A stretch of DNA of 64,000 bases from Lysobacterales bacterium. Its GTDB lineage: Bacteria > Pseudomonadota > Gammaproteobacteria > Xanthomonadales > BPKI01. The DNA lies in the NCBI GenBank assembly GCA_033582715.1, contig JAVQZZ010000001.1, forward strand, positions 1,708,627 to 1,772,626. The letters run 5' to 3'. Below the pieces are notes generated by a model. The model searched no databases. It had not been told where the DNA came from and worked only from the letters and a program-made list of their open reading frames with translations. Within the stretch, counting starts at the first letter, position 1; every line of letters starts with the position of its first letter. Shown one piece after another: positions 1 through 16,041 of this stretch. Both the position numbers and the translations under genes were made by a program.

Positions 1-3344
<3,344 letters not shown>

Positions 3345-3372
3345 GCGCGGCTCGTGGAGTCGGTCCTCGGCG

Positions 3373-3414
3373 ATTATCCCACAGCCACCCCCTCCGGCCT
3401 GCCGGCCTGCGCAG
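3373..3414 (-). promoter_or_regulatory. candidate recA promoter (extended -10 TGgGATAAT) with an upstream CTGC-N8-GCAG palindrome (LexA-box-like core)
   Basis: Sense strand reads ...CTGCGCAGGCCGGCAGgccggagggggtggctgTGgGATAATcgcc... about 30 nt upstream of the recA ATG. The -10 lies at 3373..3381 and the palindrome at 3399..3414. The core CTG-N10-CAG matches the gammaproteobacterial SOS box, but the spacer is GC-rich, not AT-rich. Confidence 0.3.
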
Positions 3415-3449
3415 CGCCGTGGCGTGGGAAAGTGCCGACAGGGGGGAGC

Positions 3450-3974
3450 TCAGCCGAGCAGCGCGAGCAGCCCGCGCAGGGCCGCCGCGGCGCTTTCGCG
3501 CCGGATGGACTCGCGGTCGCCGCCGAAGCGCTCGAGGCGCGCCTGCGGATAGTCCCCGCGCCGCTTCCAGGCCAGCCACACCGTGCCCACCGGCTTCTCG
3601 GCGGTGCCGCCGCCCGGCCCCGCGATCCCGGTGACGGCGAGGGCGTGCGAGGCGCCGGAGCGGACCAGGGCGCCCGCCACCATCTCGAGCACGGTCTCGC
3701 GGCTCACCGCCCCGTGGGCGAGCAGGGTCTCCTGCCGCACCCCGAGCAGGGCCTGCTTCGCCTCGTAGCTGTACGCGACGACGCCGCAGTCGAACCAGGC
3801 CGAGGCGCCGGGGATGTCCGTGAGGGTCTTGGCGATCAGCCCGCCGGTGCAGCTCTCGGCGACCGCGAGCACGCCGCGGGCCGCGAGCAGGCGGTCCGCG
3901 ACCCGCGCGGCGAGCTCGCGCAGGGTCTCCTCCGCGACGGTGCCGGAACCGTGGCCGCCCATGGGAGCGGGCAT
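3450..3974 (-). CDS. pncC: nicotinamide-nucleotide amidohydrolase PncC / CinA C-terminal domain protein
   Basis: C-terminal 174 aa of listed ORF 3450..4826 -: MPAPMGG...[44 protein letters not shown]...[11 protein letters not shown]. The rest of that ORF is antisense to mutS. Usual neighbour of recA. Confidence 0.85.
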   Translation of the reverse strand: MPAPMGGHGSGTVAEETLRELAARVADRLLAARGVLAVAESCTGGLIAKTLTDIPGASAWFDCGVVAYSYEAKQALLGVRQETLLAHGAVSRETVLEMVAGALVRSGASHALAVTGIAGPGGGTAEKPVGTVWLAWKRRGDYPQARLERFGGDRESIRRESAAAALRGLLALLG

Positions 3975-4007
3975 GATAGCGCCTCCCCTTCCGCCCCGTC
4001 GGCCGCG

Positions 4008-6569
<2,562 letters not shown>

Positions 6570-6575
6570 GCGCCC

Positions 6576-7532
6576 TCAGTCGTGGAGCCCGGCCCGGTAG
6601 CCGCCGGGCACGCCCTTGACCGCCACCGCCACCGCGTCGTGCGGGTGCAGGCTCTCGAGGTGGCTCGCGCGCACCCAGAAGTCGAGGAAGCGCTCGTCGC
6701 GCTCGAGGGCGCGCTTGAGCCGGCGCGCCGCGTCCTCGCAGAACATCGCGTGGGCGGCATTGAGCGCGGCGAAGGCCTGCTCGTCCTCGCGCTTGACGGC
6801 GGCCTGCACCGGGGTGGCGAGCGCCCCCTCGGCGAGATCGATCAGCTCGCGCACCGGAAAGTCCCCGAAGCCCGGAAGCAGCCGGACACGGATCTCGGCA
6901 TGAGAGCGCTGGCTGTGGGGGGTGGCGGCGATCCCCTGCTCGCTGCCGAGCCAGGCCAGCACCCGCTCGCGCGAGATCGGGCGCTCGGCCGGGAACTCCT
7001 CGGCGAAGCGGCGCTGGATCAGCTGCCGCGCGAGCGCGGCGGAGCAGGGACAGGTGCTGGAGTAGGTGACGGTCACGCCGAGCTCGAGCTGGAGCTGGCC
7101 GTTCTCCAGCAGGCCGGCCACGGTCACGGGATAGGCCCGCCAGCCGCTGTGCGCGCTGGCCAGCGCCGGACGCCGCAGAAGCTGCTCGAAGCGCACCCTG
7201 AGCCGGGCGCGATCGCTGAGACCGCGATGCGACTCGACGAAGGCCCTGAGCAGGCGCCGCACCAGCGCCGGGCGTGAGCACCTCCCGCCCGAGCATCTCG
7301 TCGACCAGGAGGTAGAGCCGGGACATGTGGATCCCGCGGGCCGAGGGATCGGCGAGGTTGACGGCGGCGGCGACGCGGGCCGGGACAGCGCATCGGACCC
7401 TCCGGACCCGGGATCCAGGACCGGCGCCTCGATCTCCTCCATGCCGACCCAGGCGAGGAGGGCGGCAGGCTCGGGCGCCGCCTCGGCGGCGACATCGGGA
7501 AGCTGGCAGCGCGCGGACTCGGAGGGGGACAT
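6576..7532 (-). CDS. folE2: GTP cyclohydrolase FolE2 (type IB), two apparent frameshifts
   Basis: Listed ORF 6576..7532 - carries [27 protein letters not shown] and [14 protein letters not shown]. The conserved segment [36 protein letters not shown] sits in the frame of ORF 6544..7326 between about 7378 and 7269. Confidence 0.85.
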   Translation of the reverse strand: MSPSESARCQLPDVAAEAAPEPAALLAWVGMEEIEAPVLDPGSGGSDALSRPASPPPSTSPIPRPAGSTCPGSTSWSTRCSGGRCSRPALVRRLLRAFVESHRGLSDRARLRVRFEQLLRRPALASAHSGWRAYPVTVAGLLENGQLQLELGVTVTYSSTCPCSAALARQLIQRRFAEEFPAERPISRERVLAWLGSEQGIAATPHSQRSHAEIRVRLLPGFGDFPVRELIDLAEGALATPVQAAVKREDEQAFAALNAAHAMFCEDAARRLKRALERDERFLDFWVRASHLESLHPHDAVAVAVKGVPGGYRAGLHD

Positions 7533-7565
7533 GGCTGGCGGCGGCGATCGTGACGGGCGGGGAGA

Positions 7566-8386
7566 CTAGGCGGCGGGGCGTTCAGGGCGCGTGATGGGGA
7601 GTCTAGCAGGGCGGTCTCCGGCCCACCCCGACGCGCGGCGCGCCAGGCGGCGAGGAGCGCCCGCCACGGCGCCCACGCGCGCCCGCCGGCGAGCGCCCGC
7701 AGCCGAACGCGGGCGAGGGCCTCGAGCAGGCGCGCCGGCGACGCCCGCGGCTGCAGGCTGGCGGGCATCGCCGTCGAGCGCCAGTCGCGCCAGGCGGCGG
7801 CGCAGCCGGGCCACGGCCGGGTTCCGTTCCGCCTCCCGCGCCTCCAGCGCTGCCGCGCTCGAGCCCCTCCTCGGCCAGCAGCGCGAGCGGCGCCCACAGC
7901 CGGCCGACACCCGCCTCGGCGGGGAGCTCGAGCAGGCGGCGGGCGAGGAAGTCGGCGCGGAGCGCCGCCGCCGGCAGCCGCTCGCCGAGCAGCGCCTGCC
8001 GCGCTCTCCGCCGCATGCGCCGCGTAGGGCGCCAGGGCCTCGCCGAGCGCCGGAAGCGAGGCCGCCGCCTCGAAGTCGCGAAGCCGGGCGAGAGTCGCCG
8101 CGAGCCGCGCCCCGGCGGCGGCCGCCCCGCCCTCCTGCCACGCCGCGACCAGGGGATGCGAGGAGCGCCCTGCGGTCGAGCCGAGCTCCTCGGCGTAGAA
8201 GCGAAGCTTCGCCGCCCCCGCCTCCGGCGCGCGGCGGTTGAGGGCCGCCTCCTCGAGCTCGCGCAGCAGCGCCGCCCAGACGCCGAAGCCGCGCCGCAGC
8301 CGCGGGGGCAGGAAGAGCAGGGCGAGCCCGAGCGCCGGATCGCGCGCCGACCACTTCGCGACCAGGCTCGCCTCCGCCTCGCTCAT
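7566..8386 (-). CDS. hypothetical protein, possibly squalene/phytoene-synthase-fold (NDUFAF6-like) family; frame broken at least twice; 3' end uncertain
   Basis: The ATG at 8386 overlaps the gph stop (ATGA). Sequence pieced from three frames: MSEAEASLVAKWSARDPALGLALLFLPPRLRRGFGVWAALLRELEEAALN...AAKLRFYAEELGS...HPLVAAW...FLARRLLELPAEAGVGRLWAPLALLAEEGL...AVARLRRRLARLAL. The pattern resembles SQS_PSY-family proteins. This is a by-eye assignment only. Confidence 0.4.
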
Positions 8387-9052
8387 CCCTCCGCGAACAG
8401 CTCGAGCAGCTCGGCCGGTCGCGCGAGGATGCGATCGCCGCCCCAGGCGCGGTAGACCTCCGGCTCGGGGACGTAGCCCCAGGTGGCGATGGCGGTGCGG
8501 CAGCGCGCGGCGCGCCCGGCCTGCACGTCGCGCTCGTCGTCGCCGACGAACCACACCGACTCCGGCGCCACCCCGAGCGCGGCGCAGGCCGCGAGCACCG
8601 GCGCCGGGTCCGGCTTGCGCACCGGCAGGCAGTCGCCGCACAGCATGACCGCGGCGCGCCCGTCGAGCCCGAGCGCGGCGAGCAGCGGCTCGGCGAGGAA
8701 GCGCGGCTTGTTGGTGACGATCCCCCACGGGACGCGCCGCTCGGCGAGCCCCTCGAGCACCCCCTCCATGCCCGCGAACAGCCCCGAGTCGCGGCAGAGG
8801 TCGTCCCGGTAGAGCGCGAGGAACGGCTCGAGCAGCGCCTCGCGCGCCCGCGCCGTCGAGCTCCGGGAAGCAGAGCTCGAGCATCGCGCGCGCCCCGCGG
8901 GAGACCGTCGGCCGGAAGCGCTCGAAGGGCAGCTCGCCGAGGCCGTGCCGCGCGCGCAGGCGGTTGGCGGCGCGGTGGAGGTCGGGGGCCGTGTCCACCA
9001 GGGTGCCGTCGAGATCGAGCAGCAGCGCGGCTTCAGCGCGGTTTGCGGGCAT
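8383..9052 (-). CDS. HAD-family phosphatase (phosphoglycolate phosphatase Gph / MupP-like), one apparent frameshift near 8840
   Basis: N-terminus [38 protein letters not shown] (DxDGT motif) lies in the frame of ORF 7124..9682. C-terminus (ORF 8383..8769) has VPWGIVTNKPRFLAEPLL...VWFVGDDERDVQAGRAA. Follows ubiG as in Pseudomonas. Confidence 0.8.
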
Positions 9053-9750
9053 GGACGATGTAGCCCACGGAGACGTCGGCGTCCGAGCGTGGCGCGCGCC
9101 GCCGTCGGCCACCAGTGCAGGCCGGCGATGGCGAGCGGGGTCGAGTCCCGCCGCGCGCAGCCAGCGGGCGAGCTCGGAGGGGCGGATGAGGCGGTCGTAG
9201 CGGTGGGTGCCGGCGGGCAGGAGCCCGAGCAGGTGCTCCGCGGCGAGGATCGCGAGCAGGAAGGACCGGAGCGTGCGGTTGAGGGTGGAGACGAACAGGC
9301 TGCCGCCGGGCGCGAGCAGCGCCGCGGCCGCGGCCAGCAGCCCGCGGGGATCGGGAACGTGCTCGATCAGCTCCATGGCGCAGACCACGGCGAAGGACTC
9401 CCGGCCGCTCGGCGGCGAGCGCCTCGGCCGACGCCACCCGGTAGGCCACGCGGCAGGCCGCTCTCGAGGCGGTGCAGCTCCGCGGCGCGGATCAGCTCCG
9501 GAGCGAGGTCGATGCCGAGCACTGCCGCGCCCTCGGCGGCGAGCGCCTCGGCGAGCAGGCCGCCGCCGCAGCCGAGGTCGAGGACGCGGGCGCCGCTGCA
9601 GCTCGGCGCGCGGCCGCGCACGAACTCGAGCCGCGCCGGCTGCAGCGCGTGCAGGGGCCTGAGCGGTCCCTCCGGGTCCCACCAGCGCGCGGCCAGCGCC
9701 GCGAAGCGCGCCAGCTCGGCCGGATCGGCGTTGACGGCGGCCGCGCTCAT
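9033..9750 (-). CDS. ubiG: ubiquinone biosynthesis O-methyltransferase UbiG, at least three apparent frameshifts
   Basis: [44 protein letters not shown]...[16 protein letters not shown] (SAM motif), then [41 protein letters not shown]...[18 protein letters not shown] and the tail [12 protein letters not shown], spread over three frames. The ATG at 9750 overlaps the mtaD stop. Confidence 0.85.
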
Positions 9751-11034
9751 CCCGCGAACTCCGCGAGCCGGCGTCCCCAGAAGGCGGCCCGGTCGGCGAG
9801 CTCGGCCTCGTCGATGCCGAGCAGCCTTCCCTCCGCGAGACGCCGCTCGCCGGCGATCCACACGTCCCGCACCTGCCCGCGCTGGGTGGCGTAGACCAGC
9901 TGCGACACCGGATCGTAGACCGGCTGCGACTCGAGGACGCCGAGATCGACCGTGATCAGGTCGGCCTCCTTGCCGGGCTCGATGCTGCCGATCCGGTCCT
10001 CGAGGCCGAGCGCGCGGGCGCCGCCGAGCGTGGCCATCCGCAGCGCCTCGCGCGCCGGCAGCGCGGCGGCGTCGCCCGCCACCGCCTTGCCGAGCAGCGC
10101 CGCGGTGCGCATCTCGCCGATCAGGTCGAGGTCGTTGTTGCTCGCGCAGCCGTCGGTGCCGAGGGCGACGGTGACGCCGGCGGCGAGCAGCCGCGCCACC
10201 GGGCAGAAGCCGCTGGCGAGCTTGAGGTTCGACTCGGGGCAGTGCACCACGGCCGCGCCCGGTGCGTGCGAGCCAGGCGATCTCCTCCTCGGCGAGCTGG
10301 GTCATGTGCACCGCGATCAGCCGCTCGTCGAGCAGCCCGAGGGCGGCGATCCGCGCCAGCGGCGGCAGGCCGTGCACGCGCCGCGATTCCGCCACCTCCT
10401 CGGCGGTCTCGAGCAGGTGGAGGTGCACCTTGAGGCCGAGCTGGTCGGCGAGCACGGCGATCCGCCGGAAGCTCTCGTCGCTCACCGTGTAGGGCGCGTG
10501 CGGGGCGAAGGCGGTGCCGATCAGCGGATCGCCCCGCCACTCGTCGTGCACCGCCACCGCCCGCTCGAGGTATTCCTCCGGCGTGCGCGCCCAGGCGCTC
10601 GGGAACTCGATCACCGGCAGCCCGACCACGGCGCGGAAGCCGAGGCGGCGGTAGGTGGCGGCGAGCGCGTCGGGGAAGAAGTAGTTCTCGTTGCAGGTCG
10701 TGGTGCCGCCGCGGATCATCTCCGCCACCGCGAGGGCCGCGCCGTCGGCGACGAACTCCGCGCCCACCACCGCCGCCTCGGCGGGCCAGACGTGCTCCCG
10801 GAGCCAGCGCATGAGCGGGCGGTCGTCGGCGAGCCCGCGCATCAGGGTCATCGGGTTGTGGGTGTGGGCGTTGACCAGTCCCGGCAGGAGCAGGTGACGC
10901 GGGCGCTCCACCCGCTCCCGGGGCGCGAAGCGGCGCTCGGCCTCCGCAGCCGGCAGCAGCGCGAGGATGCGCCCGCCGCGCACCGCCACCGCGTGGTCCT
11001 CGAGGGTGAGGCCGGCGGGCTCGACCGGCACCAC
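9747..11034 (-). CDS. mtaD: amidohydrolase of the TRZ/ATZ family (5-methylthioadenosine/S-adenosylhomocysteine deaminase-like), one apparent frameshift near 10258
   Basis: [32 protein letters not shown] and IAVHMTQL lie in ORF 9367..11034. [17 protein letters not shown]...[18 protein letters not shown] lies in ORF 9747..10250. The exact start is uncertain: GTG at 11034/11037, with an in-frame TGA at 11104. Confidence 0.8.
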
Positions 11035-11103
11035 CCAGCGCGCGCGGATCAGCAGATCGCAGGGCTCGCCCGCGTGCCCCCGCCTCCGCCGCCCGCCGCC
11101 CGC

Positions 11104-11670
11104 TCACTTGACCCGGGCCACGTACTCGCCGGTGCGGGTGTCGATCCGGATCACCTCGCCCTGGTTGACGAAGAGCGGCACCCGCACCACCGCGCCGGTC
11201 TCCAGCTTGGCCGGCTTGCCCCCGCCGCTCGCGGTGTCGCCGCGCACCCCGGGGTCGGTCTCGACGATCTTGAGTTCGACGAAGTTGGGCGGCGTGACCG
11301 CGAGCGGGGCTCCGTTCCAGAGCGTGACGATGCACATCTCCTCACCCTTGAGCCACTGCGCGGCGTCGCCCATGGCGGCGCGGTCGGCCTGCACCTGCTC
11401 GTAGGTGTCGGGGTGCATGAAGTGGTAGTACTCGCCGTCGCAGTAGAGGTACTGCATGTCCGTGTCCACGACGTCCGCGCCCTCCACCGTGTCGGTGGCC
11501 TTGAGCGTGCGCTCGGTGACGCGCCCGTTCCTGAGGTTGCGGATCTTGATCCGGGTGAAGGCCTGGCCCTTGCCCGGCTTGATGAACTCGCAGTCGAGGA
11601 TGGTGTAGGGCTCGCCGTCGATCAGGATCTTGAGCCCGTTGCGGACGTCGTTGAGACCGTAGCTCGCCAT
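11104..11670 (-). CDS. efp: elongation factor P
   Basis: 188 aa intact. [17 protein letters not shown] carries the modifiable Lys loop. Confidence 0.97.
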   Translation of the reverse strand: MASYGLNDVRNGLKILIDGEPYTILDCEFIKPGKGQAFTRIKIRNLRNGRVTERTLKATDTVEGADVVDTDMQYLYCDGEYYHFMHPDTYEQVQADRAAMGDAAQWLKGEEMCIVTLWNGAPLAVTPPNFVELKIVETDPGVRGDTASGGGKPAKLETGAVVRVPLFVNQGEVIRIDTRTGEYVARVK

Positions 11671-11760
11671 GGCGGAACGCGGTGGATCTCGGTGAAGGCG
11701 CGGGCGACGGCGCTAGAATCGACGGCCCGCAGGCAGTCGAGCGCCGATACGAAGCCCCCG

Positions 11761-12768
11761 ATGATACCGCGAAGCCCAGCCCGGGCGCAGGACGGCTGCG
11801 GATGGCAGCGGCTGTGGCGCGAGGCCTTCACCGAGCCGCGCGCCCTGCTCGCCTGGCTCGGCCTCGAACGCCTGGCCGCGGCGCTGCCCCCAAAGCCGCC
11901 CCACGGCTTTGCGATGCGGGTGCCCCGGCCCTTCGCGGCGCGCATGCGCCGCGGCGATCCGCGGGATCCGCTGCTGCGCCAGGTGCTGCCACTCCGCGCC
12001 GAGCTCGACGAGATCGAGGGCTACGGGGCCGATGCCGTCGGCGACCTCGCCGCCCGCCGGGCGCGGGGACTGTTGGTCAAGTACCGCGGGCGCGCCCTGC
12101 TCATCGCCACCGGGGCCTGCGCCGTCCACTGCCGCTACTGCTTCCGCCGCCACTTTCCCTACGGCGAGGAGCATGCCGGCGCCGACCGCTGGCGCGCGGC
12201 GCTCGCCGCGCTGGCGGCGGACCCGGGCCTGCGCGAGCTGATCCTGAGCGGCGGCGATCCGCTGTCCCTCGCCACCGCCCGACTCGCCGAGCTCGCCGAG
12301 GGCCTGCGGGCGATCCCGCATCTTCGCACCCTGCGCATCCACACCCGGCTGCCGGTGGTGCTGCCGGCGCGGGTGGACGGCGAGCTGCTCGACTGGCTCT
12401 CGGCGTTGCCCTGGCGGCGCGTGGTGGTGATCCACGCCAACCACCCCGCCGAACTCGACGGGGAGGTGGCCGCGGCCTGCCGCGCCCTCGCCGATGCCGG
12501 CTGCATCCTGCTCAACCAGGCGGTGCTGCTGCGAGGGGTGAACGACCGCATCGAGGCGCTCGAGGGTCTCAGCGAGCGCCTTTTCGAGATCGGGGTGATG
12601 CCCTACTACCTCCACCAGCTCGATCGCGTGCGCGGCGCCGCGCACTTCGCGGTCGGCGACCGCCGCGCCCGCGCCCTGCTCGCGGAGCTGCGGGCGCGGC
12701 TGCCGGGATACCTCGTCCCGCGCCTGGTCCGGGAGGAGCCGGGCGCGCCCGCCAAGATCCCGCTCTGA
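11761..12768 (+). CDS. epmB: EF-P beta-lysylation protein EpmB (lysine 2,3-aminomutase-like radical SAM)
   Basis: C-terminal 335 aa of listed ORF 9952..12768 +, from ATG 11761. CAVHCRYCFRR radical-SAM cluster motif; LILSGGDPL; MPYYLHQLD. Divergent from efp as usual. Confidence 0.9.
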   Translation: MIPRSPARAQDGCGWQRLWREAFTEPRALLAWLGLERLAAALPPKPPHGFAMRVPRPFAARMRRGDPRDPLLRQVLPLRAELDEIEGYGADAVGDLAARRARGLLVKYRGRALLIATGACAVHCRYCFRRHFPYGEEHAGADRWRAALAALAADPGLRELILSGGDPLSLATARLAELAEGLRAIPHLRTLRIHTRLPVVLPARVDGELLDWLSALPWRRVVVIHANHPAELDGEVAAACRALADAGCILLNQAVLLRGVNDRIEALEGLSERLFEIGVMPYYLHQLDRVRGAAHFAVGDRRARALLAELRARLPGYLVPRLVREEPGAPAKIPL

Positions 12769-12835
12769 GCGCTCGCGCCAAGTGGACAGCCCCCGGGCTT
12801 TCGGCTAGAACTCCAGCGCGGACCCGGATGCGAGC

Positions 12836-14911
12836 ATGGCCCCCAACAAGAAAGACGAGCCGCTGCGCCTGATCCTGGTCGAGGACGCGGTCGAGGAGGC
12901 CGAGCGCCTGATCGGCATCCTCAAGACCGGCGGCATCGCGGTGCGACCGACCCGTCCGGAGTCCCTCGAAGAGCTCGCGGGGGTGCTCGAGCGGCAGCAG
13001 CCGGAGATCCTGCTCTTCGACCCGGCCTCGAGCCTCCTCCCGGTCGACGAGATGCTCGAGCGGGTGCGGTCGAGCGGCCGCGAGATCGGCGTGGTCGCGC
13101 TGCTCGGCAAGGTCCACGAGAGCGAGATCCGCGCCATGTACGAGCTCGGCATCTTCGATCTCGCTCCCCGCGACGACGACCGGCTGCTGCGCGAGGTGGT
13201 GCTCCACGCGCTCGCCAGGGTGCGCAATCTCCGCGCGCTGAGGAGCCTCGAGGCGAGCCTGCTCGAGACCGAGCGGCGCTGCGAGAACCTGATCGACTCC
13301 TCGCGCGACCCGATCGCCTACATCCATGCCGGGATGCACGTGCGGGCCAACCAGGCCTACCTCGAGATGTTCGGCTACGAGGATTTCGAGGAGATCTCCG
13401 GAACCCCCGTGCTCGACCTGCTCGAGGGGGAGCATGCGAGCGCGTTCCGGGACCTTCTCCGCCGGATCGAGCGCGGCGAGCAGCCTCCGCGGCAGCTCGA
13501 CACCGTCGCCGTCCGCTCCGACGGCAGCAGCTTCAAGGCCACGCTCGAGTTCTCGCCCGCGAACTACCAGGGCGAGCCCTGCCTGCAGATCATCTTCAGA
13601 CAGCAGAAGGTGGATCCCGAGCTGGCGCGGCAGCTTGAGGAGTTCAAGACCCGCGACCCGGTGACCGGCCTGCTCAACCGGCAGACCCTGATGCAGCGGC
13701 TGGAGGAGGCGGTGGCCGAGGCGCTGCGCGGCACCGGCGAGTCCTGTCTGCTGCTGGTCGAGATCGACGACTTTCGCCGCATCCTCCAGCGCGTGGGTCT
13801 CGCCAGGACCGACCTTCTGATGCGCGACTTCGCCGAGCTCCTGCGCTCGGCCCTGCGCGAGGGCGACCATGCCGCCCGGTTCACCGACCAGAGCTTCGCG
13901 GCCCTGGTCCACGGCAACGCCGAGCTCGCCGAGCGCCTCGCCGGGGAGGTGCGGCGCCGGCTCGCCGAGCACATCTTCGAGGTCGGCGGGCAGTCGCTGA
14001 CGCTCACCGTCAGCATCGGCGGCTCCGTGGTCGGTCCGAAGAGCGGCGGTGTCGCCGAGATCCTCGGCCGCGCCGAGGAGATGCTGCACAAGGCCGCGGG
14101 ACAAGGGGGCAACCGCGTGCTGCTGTTCGATCCCGCCGCCGAGGACAAGGCCGAGGCGGCGCGGCAGGAGGCGCTGGCCGCCCAGCTCGAGAAGGCGATC
14201 CTGACCCAGGGGCTGGTGCCCTACTACCAGGCGGTGGTGAGCATGTCGGGGGAGATCACCGGCCCGGCCTACGAGATCTCGATCGCGCTAGCCGCCGACG
14301 GGGGCGAGCTCCCGGCCTCCTCGTTCATCGCCGTGGCCCAGCGCAAGGGCCTGCTCGGCAAGATCGACCGCTGGACGGTGCGGCACGCGGTCCAGACCGC
14401 GGCGCAGCTCGAGCAGAACCGCAAGCCCACGACCTTCTTCGTGCGCCTCGCCATGGTCACGGTCGAGGACCCAGGGTTCGTGCCCTGGCTCGCGGAGAAG
14501 CTCAAGGAGGCGCGCCTGGGCGGCGACGCGCTCGTGTTCGAGCTCGCCGAGGCCGACGTCCAGGTCAACCTCAAGAGCTGCAAGGACTTCGTGCGCACCC
14601 TCGAGCCGCTCCACTGCGGCTTCTGCATCACCCAGTTCGGCTCGGGGCTGAACTCGACCCATCTCTTCAGGCATCTCAAGCCCACCCACATCAAGCTCGA
14701 CCGCGGCTTCGTCGCCGAGCTCGGCCGCAACCCGGAGGTCACCCAGAAGGTCGAGCTGATCTGCCACGAGGCGCGGGCCGCCGGCGCCAAGGTGATCGCC
14801 GAGCACATCGACACCCTGGACAAGCTGCAGGATTCGCTCGGCGTCGGCGTCGACCTCGTGCAGGGCTTCTTCGTCCACGCCCCGAGCCGGGAGATGAACT
14901 ACGAGTTCTGA
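12836..14911 (+). CDS. FimX-like c-di-GMP signalling protein: degenerate REC - PAS - degenerate GGDEF - degenerate EAL
   Basis: 691 aa intact ORF. The GGDEF position reads FTDQSF. The EAL signature position reads YEISIAL. DDFGTG is replaced by TQFGSG, and the N of the catalytic loop is replaced (FFVRLAM). KLDRGF and VQGFF are retained. The REC-like N-terminus lacks the T/S and K of phosphoreceivers. Confidence 0.8.
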   Translation: MAPNKKDEPLRLILVEDAVEEAERLIGILKTGGIAVRPTRPESLEELAGVLERQQPEILLFDPASSLLPVDEMLERVRSSGREIGVVALLGKVHESEIRAMYELGIFDLAPRDDDRLLREVVLHALARVRNLRALRSLEASLLETERRCENLIDSSRDPIAYIHAGMHVRANQAYLEMFGYEDFEEISGTPVLDLLEGEHASAFRDLLRRIERGEQPPRQLDTVAVRSDGSSFKATLEFSPANYQGEPCLQIIFRQQKVDPELARQLEEFKTRDPVTGLLNRQTLMQRLEEAVAEALRGTGESCLLLVEIDDFRRILQRVGLARTDLLMRDFAELLRSALREGDHAARFTDQSFAALVHGNAELAERLAGEVRRRLAEHIFEVGGQSLTLTVSIGGSVVGPKSGGVAEILGRAEEMLHKAAGQGGNRVLLFDPAAEDKAEAARQEALAAQLEKAILTQGLVPYYQAVVSMSGEITGPAYEISIALAADGGELPASSFIAVAQRKGLLGKIDRWTVRHAVQTAAQLEQNRKPTTFFVRLAMVTVEDPGFVPWLAEKLKEARLGGDALVFELAEADVQVNLKSCKDFVRTLEPLHCGFCITQFGSGLNSTHLFRHLKPTHIKLDRGFVAELGRNPEVTQKVELICHEARAAGAKVIAEHIDTLDKLQDSLGVGVDLVQGFFVHAPSREMNYEF

Positions 14912-14917
14912 CGCCGC

Positions 14918-15799
14918 TCAGGCCGCGCGGCGCAGCGCCTCGATCCGCTCCGCGATCGGCGGGTGGCTCATGAACAGGCGCCTGAGCCCGCCGCCGAAGC
15001 GGCCCGAGATGCCGAAGGCCTCCACCTGCTCGGGCAGGGTCGACTGGCCGTAGCTCGCGGCCAGGCGCTCGAGCGCCGCGATCATCTTCGCCCGGCCGGC
15101 GAGGCGCGCCCCGCCCGCGTCGGCGCGGAACTCCCGCCAGCGGCTGAAGGCCATCACGATGATCGAGGCCAGGATGCCGAGCACCACCTGCAGGATCATC
15201 ACCGTGATCCAGTAGGCCGGGCCGTGGCCATTCTCCGAGCGGAAGACCACACGGTCGATCAGGCTGCCCAGGATCCGCGAGAGGAAGATCACGAAGGTGT
15301 TGAGCACGCCCTGCAGCAGGGACATGGTCACCATGTCGCCGTTGGCGACGTGGGCCACCTCGTGCCCCAGGACCGCCTCGACCTCGTCGCGGTTCATGGC
15401 GCGCAGCAGCCCGGTGCTGACCGCCACCAGCGCGTGGTTGCGGCTCATGCCGGTGGCGAAGGCATTCGGCTCCGGGGCGTCATAGATCGCGACCTCGGGC
15501 ATGCCGATCCCGGCCTCGCGCGCCTGGCGGGCCACGGTCTCGAGCAGCCAGGCCTCGACCGGGGTGCGGGGCTGGGTGATGACCTCCGCCCCGGTCGCCA
15601 GCTTGGCCGCGGTCTTCGACATGGCGAGGGAGATGAAGGAGCCGGTGAAGCCGACGATGCCCGCGAAGAGCAGCAGCGCCCACAGGTCCTGGCCGCTGCC
15701 CGCGAGCACGGCGTCGAGGCCGGTGAGACGCGTCACGACCCCGAGCACGAACAGCACCGCGATGTTGGTGGCGAGGAAGAGCAGGATCCGGCTGAGCAT
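14918..15799 (-). CDS. htpX: zinc metalloprotease HtpX
   Basis: 293 aa intact. [10 protein letters not shown] (HExxH) motif and four hydrophobic segments. Confidence 0.95.
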   Translation of the reverse strand: MLSRILLFLATNIAVLFVLGVVTRLTGLDAVLAGSGQDLWALLLFAGIVGFTGSFISLAMSKTAAKLATGAEVITQPRTPVEAWLLETVARQAREAGIGMPEVAIYDAPEPNAFATGMSRNHALVAVSTGLLRAMNRDEVEAVLGHEVAHVANGDMVTMSLLQGVLNTFVIFLSRILGSLIDRVVFRSENGHGPAYWITVMILQVVLGILASIIVMAFSRWREFRADAGGARLAGRAKMIAALERLAASYGQSTLPEQVEAFGISGRFGGGLRRLFMSHPPIAERIEALRRAA

Positions 15800-15856
15800 G
15801 GACGGGGAGCCTCTCGTGGGTGGGTGGATGCGGGGAATGCGACCTCGGACCTAAGG

Positions 15857-15882
15857 ATGCGGGGTCACGCCCGATTTTCAAG
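15857..15882 (-). promoter_or_regulatory. possible sigma32 (heat-shock) promoter of htpX
   Basis: Sense strand reads CTTGAAAatcgggcgtgaCCCCGCATcc about 60 nt upstream of the htpX ATG. Compare the consensus CTTGAA-N13/14-CCCCATnT. The spacing is 1-2 nt short and the -10 is imperfect. Confidence 0.3.
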
Positions 15883-16041
15883 CGGTCCGCGCCGCTCGCG
15901 CGCTGCGACCGCGGGACGCGGCGACGAGTTCCCGCGCCGCCCCGGGCGGCGCGACGCGAGGCTAGAATACCGCCTCAAGCGAGCCGTCCGAGAGGGGCGC
16001 GGAGAGAACGTCGGAGGGGAGAGCGAGCATGAAGGTCGAGA

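Noticed and set aside
9952-11760. N-terminal 600 codons of the 938-aa ORF 9952..12768 +
   Set aside because: Only the last 335 codons (from ATG 11761) are EpmB. The upstream part is antisense to mtaD and efp.
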